From the NCBI GenBank assembly GCA_965112735.1, contig OZ218958.1, forward strand, positions 1,798,001 to 1,862,000: DNA of 64,000 bases. The letters are read 5' to 3'. This document shows positions 57,858 through 64,000 of this stretch, in pieces. Both the position numbers and the translations under genes were made by a program. Under the pieces are notes generated by a model. It searched no databases. It worked only from the letters and a program-made list of their open reading frames with translations, and was not told where the DNA came from. Position 1 is the stretch's first letter. Every line of letters begins with the position of its first letter. The DNA is from Phaeosaccion multiseriatum (Eukaryota > Protista > Ochrophyta, other classes).

Positions 57858-59402
57858 CGCGTCGTCGCGGCGGGCGAAGGGACGGGAGGGAGAGGGGGCT
57901 GGGGAAAAGGTCGGGTTCGATACCCGTGTGAAAGAGGAGGAGCTAGAGGTGGAGGGAAAGGGGGAGGAGGGGGAGGGGGGGGAGGGGAGCAACCCCCAAG
58001 GCGACTGCGAGGAGGACGAATTTGAACAGAGCCACTTTGACGGTCGCCCCGCCGGCGCACGCAGAGGCGGAGGAACGGAGAGGACGTCGGAGGTGGATGG
58101 AAGGTTGGGGCGAAGCAGCTCAAGCAGCTCAATGACAGCAGCAGTCGTGCCGCTGGGAGCCGTTGCTGCTCCTTCTCTCCCGCAGCAGCACCAGCAAGGG
58201 GAGGGGCAGGAGGGAGGAGAGGAGGGGGGGGGGGGAGGGGGGGCTGCCATGAGGCCTCAGAAGAGGTTCCAAGCTTCAGAGCGGCCACCGTGTCGATCCC
58301 GTCGAATGAGCGAAGGAAGAGGAGGAGGAGGAGGAGGAGGAGGAGGAGGAGGAGGAGGAGGAGGAGGAGGAGGAGGAAGAGGAGGAGGAAGAGAAGGAGG
58401 AGGAAGAGGAGGAGGAGGAGGAGGAGCCACAGGAGGGGCAGGAGGGGAAGAAGAAGGGGGTAGGGCTACGCGGGCAGGGGCGGGGGGAAGGAAGGAAAGA
58501 GGGAAGCGGCAGCAGGAGCAGCAGTTGGTGATACAACGGCAGCAGGAGCAGTTGGCGATACAGCCGCCACAGAAGGAGGAGGAGAAGGAAGAGCAACCGC
58601 AGCTGCAGGAAGAGCAGCAGTTGGTGCTACAGCAGCACGGTGAGGAGCGCGAAGATGCCCACCACTGTCAAGATGAGGAGGACAATATCTCTGATGAAAG
58701 TGACTCCCCCTCCTCGTGCTCGGAAGCCTACAGTACCGACGACGAGAACGATAGACAGGAGAGGAGGGAGGCCAAGAGAAAAGAAGCGGCCGCTGTGGCA
58801 GCGCAGAGGCAGCAGCGGCGGGAGCAACAGCGGCAAGAGCAGCAGGAGCGGGAGAGGAGGAGAAGGAAAGAAAGCACCTCGAGCAGTGGTGGGGTTGGTG
58901 GTGGTAAGCGAGGTGGTCATAGTAGGAGTATCAGCAACGCCGTGGTCGGCGATGGGGGACAGAGGAGCAACAACAGTAGCAGCAGCAGCAGCGATAGGAG
59001 TAGCAGCGGCAGGGTGGTCGCTGAGGAGGGACAGCGTGGGGGGTGCGGCAGTACTCCTCGTGCTAGTGAGACGGAGGAGGGAGGTGGAAGGCGAAAAGGC
59101 ACAAGAAATAGTAGAGTAAGGAGTAGGGAAGCAGCGGGGGTGGGTGGGGCAACAGCGAGGGGTCGACATCCACCGCCTGAGAATCCACAGCGTGAGAGGG
59201 AGGGGAGATGCGATCGATGGTGGAGGCAAGGGGGAACAGTCAATAGGGGGGAGTGGAAGGAGGAGGAGAGGGAGAAGGAGGACGAGGACGAGGAGGAGGA
59301 GGGGGGGGGGGGGGAGGAAGAGAATGAGGAGGAGGAGGAGGAGGGGGGGGAGGAGGAGAAGGAGGTGGAGGAGGAGAAGGAGGAAGGCGAAGAGGGGGAG
59401 GA

Positions 59403-59433
<31 letters not shown>

Positions 59434-60543
59434 GAGGAGGAAGAGGAGGAGGAGGGGAAGCAGGAGGCACGTCTAACCGAGCACAGCAGTCTGACCCAGG
59501 CGGGGCACATCGTCGACAGTAACGCCATGAAGAGAAGGAGCAGTCGATCGGAGCGTGTGAGCAAACTGAAACTCGAGGGGCTCCAGCTAGACGAAAATGC
59601 CAACGCTTTGCCAATGGAAGGATGCGGACACGCTCAGGGGCACGGGCACACCGACACACTTCCATGGAGATGTCAAGCAACAATGTCCAGCAGCGATGGT
59701 GTCAAGCAGCAAGGGGATAGGTTTGAGCTAGGAGGAAGCTCTTCGTGTGAATTCTCCACCCCGGGGGATGGTCTGAGCCTGGAGGGAGTCTCGTGGGTCG
59801 GGGAGGAAGAGGAGCAGCAAGCAGGGGTCTTCCTCGCCGGTCCTGGCAAGCATCCGCCAACAATGTCAGCAGGCGAGGGGGGCCGGGGGGGGGAGGGAGG
59901 GTATGGAAGTGGGGGCGGGGGGGATGGCAGTGGAGGGAGTGGGGAGAGCGCGCGCATGAGCAGGAGAGACAGTGGCAGCAACGGCAATATCAGCAGGCGA
60001 GACAGGAGTAGAAACGTCAGGAGGAGGAATAGTAGGAGTGGGGAAGGTGGTGAGCGAGACAGAGAGCGAGGGACAGGGAGAGAGACAACAAGAGAGAGTG
60101 AGAGACAGACAAATCACGCGCGCGACCGAGACCACAATCACAACCACAACCGAGCAACAAGAAACGGTAAGCTCATGCCCCACACCACCAAGGCAGACTC
60201 GGCCAACCGCAAGGGGCGTTTCTTCCAACACTCCCCCACGGAGAGGGGGCGCAGCAGCGTCTCGGGAGAAGGCACGCCGAGAGGTAGTGATTCCGATGGG
60301 TATGGAGCCTGGGGAGGGCCGCAGCACCAGCACCCGTTGGTGATACAAGGCCAGCATCAGCAGCAGAAGAAGCACCACCAGTCATCCGCGCAGAGAAGGG
60401 CCTCTCTTGTGGACTTTGACGTGCCCCTCAAGCCAGGCTACGGCTCGCCCTGTGGCAGCGTCATCCGGGTAAGAGACAAGGGGGTGAGAGATTGGGGTAT
60501 CGCCTTTTCCTTCTCTTTCTCGATCGATTGAGGGTGGGCGTCG

Positions 60544-60576
<33 letters not shown>

Positions 60577-61949
60577 TCTCGCTCACTTCCTTGGTTCTTT
60601 GCATTTTGTGCAACCGCCCCTGGCTCACACCACTCTCGCCTTCCTCGTCGTTTCTGCGTTGCTTTGCTATGCGATTTCAGGCCGCCCGCGAGCAGTTTCA
60701 GGAGAGGGAGAGGCCCACGAATCCAATGACAGGTGTGTGTGTATGTGTGTATGTGTGTATAAGCGAGAGAGAGAGAGAGAGCCTCTCTCCGTTCCTCCCT
60801 CCGACGTGCTAGACTCCTTGCCGTACGGGCGTGTCTACTCTTGACCTCCTCCCTCCTTATTGACGGGCATCTCTCCTTCTTTCCTTCCTTCCTTCCTTCC
60901 TTCCTTCCTTCCTTCCTTCTTTCCTTCCTTGCTTCCTTTCTTTCTTTCTTCCTTCCTTCCTTCCTTCCTTCCTTCCTTCCTTCCTTCCTTCCTTCCTTCC
61001 TTCCTTCCTTCCCTCCTTCCTTCCCTCCTTCCTTCCTTCCTTCCTCACTTCTCACTTCCATGCTTCCTCCTTCCTTCCTTCCTTCCTTCCTTTCTTCCTT
61101 TTACCGTTTCTCACCGTCGCAGGGGAGTTCTGTAAGCTCGAGCGGCGTAGGACTTGGCACCAGAATGTTAATGGCAACGACGAATGTGGAACAGCAGCAG
61201 CAGGAGGGGGCAGCCCGGCCCCGTCAGGAAGCTTCTACTCTTCAAGCAATGACCTGATAGATAGACCTCAGTCCCAGCTTTTCCTTCGAGCGAAGAGTGC
61301 AGGAGTGGCCGGCTCGCCCAAGCTTCCTCCCCTCGACTCTCCGGGCGGCGGCGGCTTGCGAGGACTGCCTACCATTCCGCTCCGACTCATCGCCTCAGCG
61401 CCAGTCTGCGGCACTACATCAGGAGGAGCAGGAGGAGGAGCAGGAGGAGGAGGAGGAGGAGGAGGAGGAGGAGGAGGGGGAGGGGGGATGCATGGTAGCA
61501 GCGAAGCTTCAGACAAGGGACACACGGTGAGCGAGCGGTTGGTACGAGGGAGGAGGGAGGAGAAACCGAGCTGTGAATCTCACCGCAGAAGGCGAGGGAC
61601 GACTGAAATGGTATCAGACATTGCTTTCTAGTGGCTTGCTTGTTGATATCTACTCTTCATGTTTGCTTTGCCCGGCAATGAACAGCACTGGCCGTGCCGT
61701 CGAGTCCTGAGGGTGGATGATGCCAAGCGGTGTAGGCAGACATGCTTCCCATTCCTATCCTCCTACTCACTTATCTTTGCTTCCTGCCCGCCCCCCCTTC
61801 TCCCTCTGTTTCCTTTCTTCCTCCTCCTTCTCCTCCCTTCCTCCCCCCATCAACAGCGAGAAGGAGGGAAAGGTAGCGGCAGCAGCGCGGGAGAAAAGCT
61901 TCTCCAGAAAGCGGTGGGAAAGGGCTTGAAGCCCCTCACACTCTGCTGA
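56117..61949 (+). CDS. STE11/MEKK-type MAP kinase kinase kinase with a long low-complexity C-terminus
   Basis: Exons 56117-56899, 57361-60468, 60681-60732, 61123-61526 and 61857-61949 join in frame. Motifs include LGRGAFG, AVKQI, HRDIKGAN, KLADFGASKR and GTPHWMAPEV. The start codon is uncertain (56117 or 56189). Confidence 0.88.
56940..57230. repeat. (TGG)n-(AGG)n intronic trinucleotide tract
   Basis: Seen directly, within the first intron of the kinase gene. Confidence 0.9.
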
Positions 61950-62932
61950 GTTCAAACAGCTCAGCTCAGTCAGCGTAACTGTGGCGTCGAAAGGAAAGGC
62001 AGTGCTGTGCTCAAGGGGTGCTCTGAATGGGGCCCTACGCTGCTAGGCTTAGGCTGTACCGAGGTGAATGGGCCTCCTGGGGGGCTGCGGGGATGGCAGT
62101 GGACGGTTAACGCGACGCGCCGGCGGAGAAGATGTGCGTGTGTGTGTGTGTGCACGCTTTCTTTCGCCCCCCTTACGAGGCAGTCTGTGAGGTTAAGTAA
62201 AGGAGGTGGGATAGGAGGGATTATTATTATGTTTTTTTATCATTTTTATGATTCATTGTTATGATATATACGGCAGTGAGTACCTGTGCGTGAAAGCGTA
62301 TGGCGTGGAGGGGGCTGGGAGCTGGCGCACACATGCGAGGTGGACGTTGGGGTTTGCTTGATGGGTGCCCCAAGCACGAGCACGAGCACCAGCACGGTGT
62401 GTACAAGTATGTAGGAAATGTATGGAAGGAAGAGCATAGATTGAGGAAATTCAAAGGAAATATGGGTACAGTATGTAACGTCGTCTTACGTATCGTTAGG
62501 GAAGAGGGGTGGGAAGTGTGTAGGGGTATTTCTTTAACTTTTTTTGGGTTGCAATTACGCCAAGTAAGCAGATAGGCGGGTAGGCGGGTACGGTAGGTGG
62601 GTAGGCGGGTAAGTAAGCAGGTGGGGCTCCGAGTTTCACCAACTCGGGCTCATAACCTTACAACAAACAGTTGACACGAAATAAAAACATCACTTTTTAA
62701 GGAGAAAAGGACTAGTGTGGCTTGGCTATGCCCCTCTCTTCCTTCAGATTCTTGCACCCCTCTGCCCCACTCTCCCTTCATATGTCTTACCCCATGCCAG
62801 GGTGCGTTACGTCCTCTCCACTCCCTCCTCCACACCCTCCAGACCCTCCACACCGCCCCATACCTTCCTACCCTTCACACGGCCAACCCTTCTCCACACC
62901 TCGCTCACTTGCTCACTCACTCACTCACTCAC

Positions 62933-63667
62933 TCACACCCAAAGCTCTGCCAAGTCCTTGGTCACAGTAGCTTGCCCGTGCTTGCTCACAGCCACGAGCA
63001 GGTTATCAGGACTGTCGTAACACAGCCCTACAAGGCCGCTCTCAAGCTCCCACAGCTGCCTGCCCACCGCCACGTCCACCCTTGGGGATCTATCTAGCCC
63101 CCCGGGGACGGCTGTTGCTGTGTCTTGGCTGTAGTCCCAGAGGATTTGCCGTCCGTCCTCCCCACAGGAAAAAAGGTAACGCGGCCTCTGTAGCAGAGAG
63201 GAAGGGGGGCGGGAGAGAGAGGGGGGTGGAGAGGAAAGAGAGCGAGAGAGACCGAGATGTGAAAAGAGACGTGAGAGAGAGAGAGAGAGCGAGAGAGAGA
63301 GAGAGCGCGAGAGAGAGAGATATGTGAGAGGGATAGAGACAGAAAGAGACAGACACAGACAGGCAAAGACAAGGTAGAGCCACCCCATCCCACCCTCCCC
63401 CCCACCCACCCCACCTACCCACCCACCTACCCACCCACGGCACGAACCCACCTGTGGATGGAAGGCCACTGCCCACACATCTTTGCTGTGCATGTACTCC
63501 GATGGCTGTGGCTTGCTCTGCTCCCGATCCTGACTCCGACCCTGACCCTCACCCGGACCTGCCTTCATCTTTAGAGTGGAAAGCACTCCCGTTCTCGACC
63601 CTCTTAAGTCCCACATCATCACCTCGCCGGTCTCAGTACCCGCTGCAAACACGTCCGGGCTTGATGG
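62933..63667 (-). CDS. 3' exons of a WD40-repeat protein, possibly nucleoporin Nup43
   Basis: Exons 63667-63452 and 63187-62933. Motifs include [17 protein letters not shown] and [30 protein letters not shown]. The 5' part lies beyond the window. Confidence 0.75.
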   Translation of the reverse strand, partial: PSSPDVFAAGTETGEVMMWDLRGSRTGVLSTLKMKAGPGEGQGRSQDREQSKPQPSEYMHSKDVWAVAFHPQVGSCRGWVGGWVGGVGGGEGGMGWLYLVFACLCLSLSVSIPLTYLSLSRSLSLSLSLSLSRLFSHLGLSRSLSSPPPSLSRPPSSLLQRPRYLFSCGEDGRQILWDYSQDTATAVPGGLDRSPRVDVAVGRQLWELESGLVGLCYDSPDNLLVAVSKHGQATVTKDLAELWV

Positions 63668-63705
63668 CTGCGTTGTTGTGAGTATGTGCGCGTGTGTGTG
63701 CGTGC

Positions 63706-63740
<35 letters not shown>

Positions 63741-64000
63741 CGCGTGTGCGTGTGTGCGTGTGCGTGTTTGTGTGTGCGTGTTTAAGTGTATCCGTGTGTG
63801 ATTGTGTGTGTGTAGGTGAAGAGTGAGTGCATGAGGTGAGTGAGTGCATGAGGAAGGGATGGAGGGAGGGAGTGTGTGAGTGAGTGGGTGGATGGGGGAG
63901 GAACGGAGTGAGTGAGAGAGAGGGATGGAGTGAATAGCGAGGAAGGAGGGGAGGGCGGGGGGGAGAAAGCGGGGAAAGGTGAGGGAGCGAGAGACGGGTG

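Overview
Intron-rich eukaryotic DNA, probably from a flagellated ochrophyte/stramenopile alga. This is inferred from GT-AG introns packed with microsatellites, a brown-alga-type PMP-repeat membrane protein and a BBSome subunit. The first ~14.8 kb is a tandem array of a ~6.5-6.7 kb unit that continues off the left edge. Each unit carries a two-exon ankyrin-repeat gene (minus strand) and a decaying multi-exon gene (plus strand). The three ankyrin copies have nearly identical scaffold helices but differ strongly at the beta-hairpin and helix-1 target-binding positions, in a patchwork pattern. This looks like a natural DARPin-like diversified binder array and is the best candidate for an undescribed recognition system here. 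The remaining ~49 kb holds 13 genes, mostly in head-to-head pairs: a coiled-coil CxxCDRP protein, a PMP-repeat multi-TM receptor-like protein built from phase-0 exon cassettes, BBIP1, an SMP-30/gluconolactonase, a CFAP97D-family protein, a SAM protein, an ALKBH8-like dioxygenase, a signal-peptide ANTH protein, a PX-like protein, a small HeH-like protein, TXNDC9, FAM177 and a MAP3K. The 3' end of a Nup43-like WD40 gene closes the window. All gene models were spliced by hand and all family calls come from motif recognition; no searches were run.
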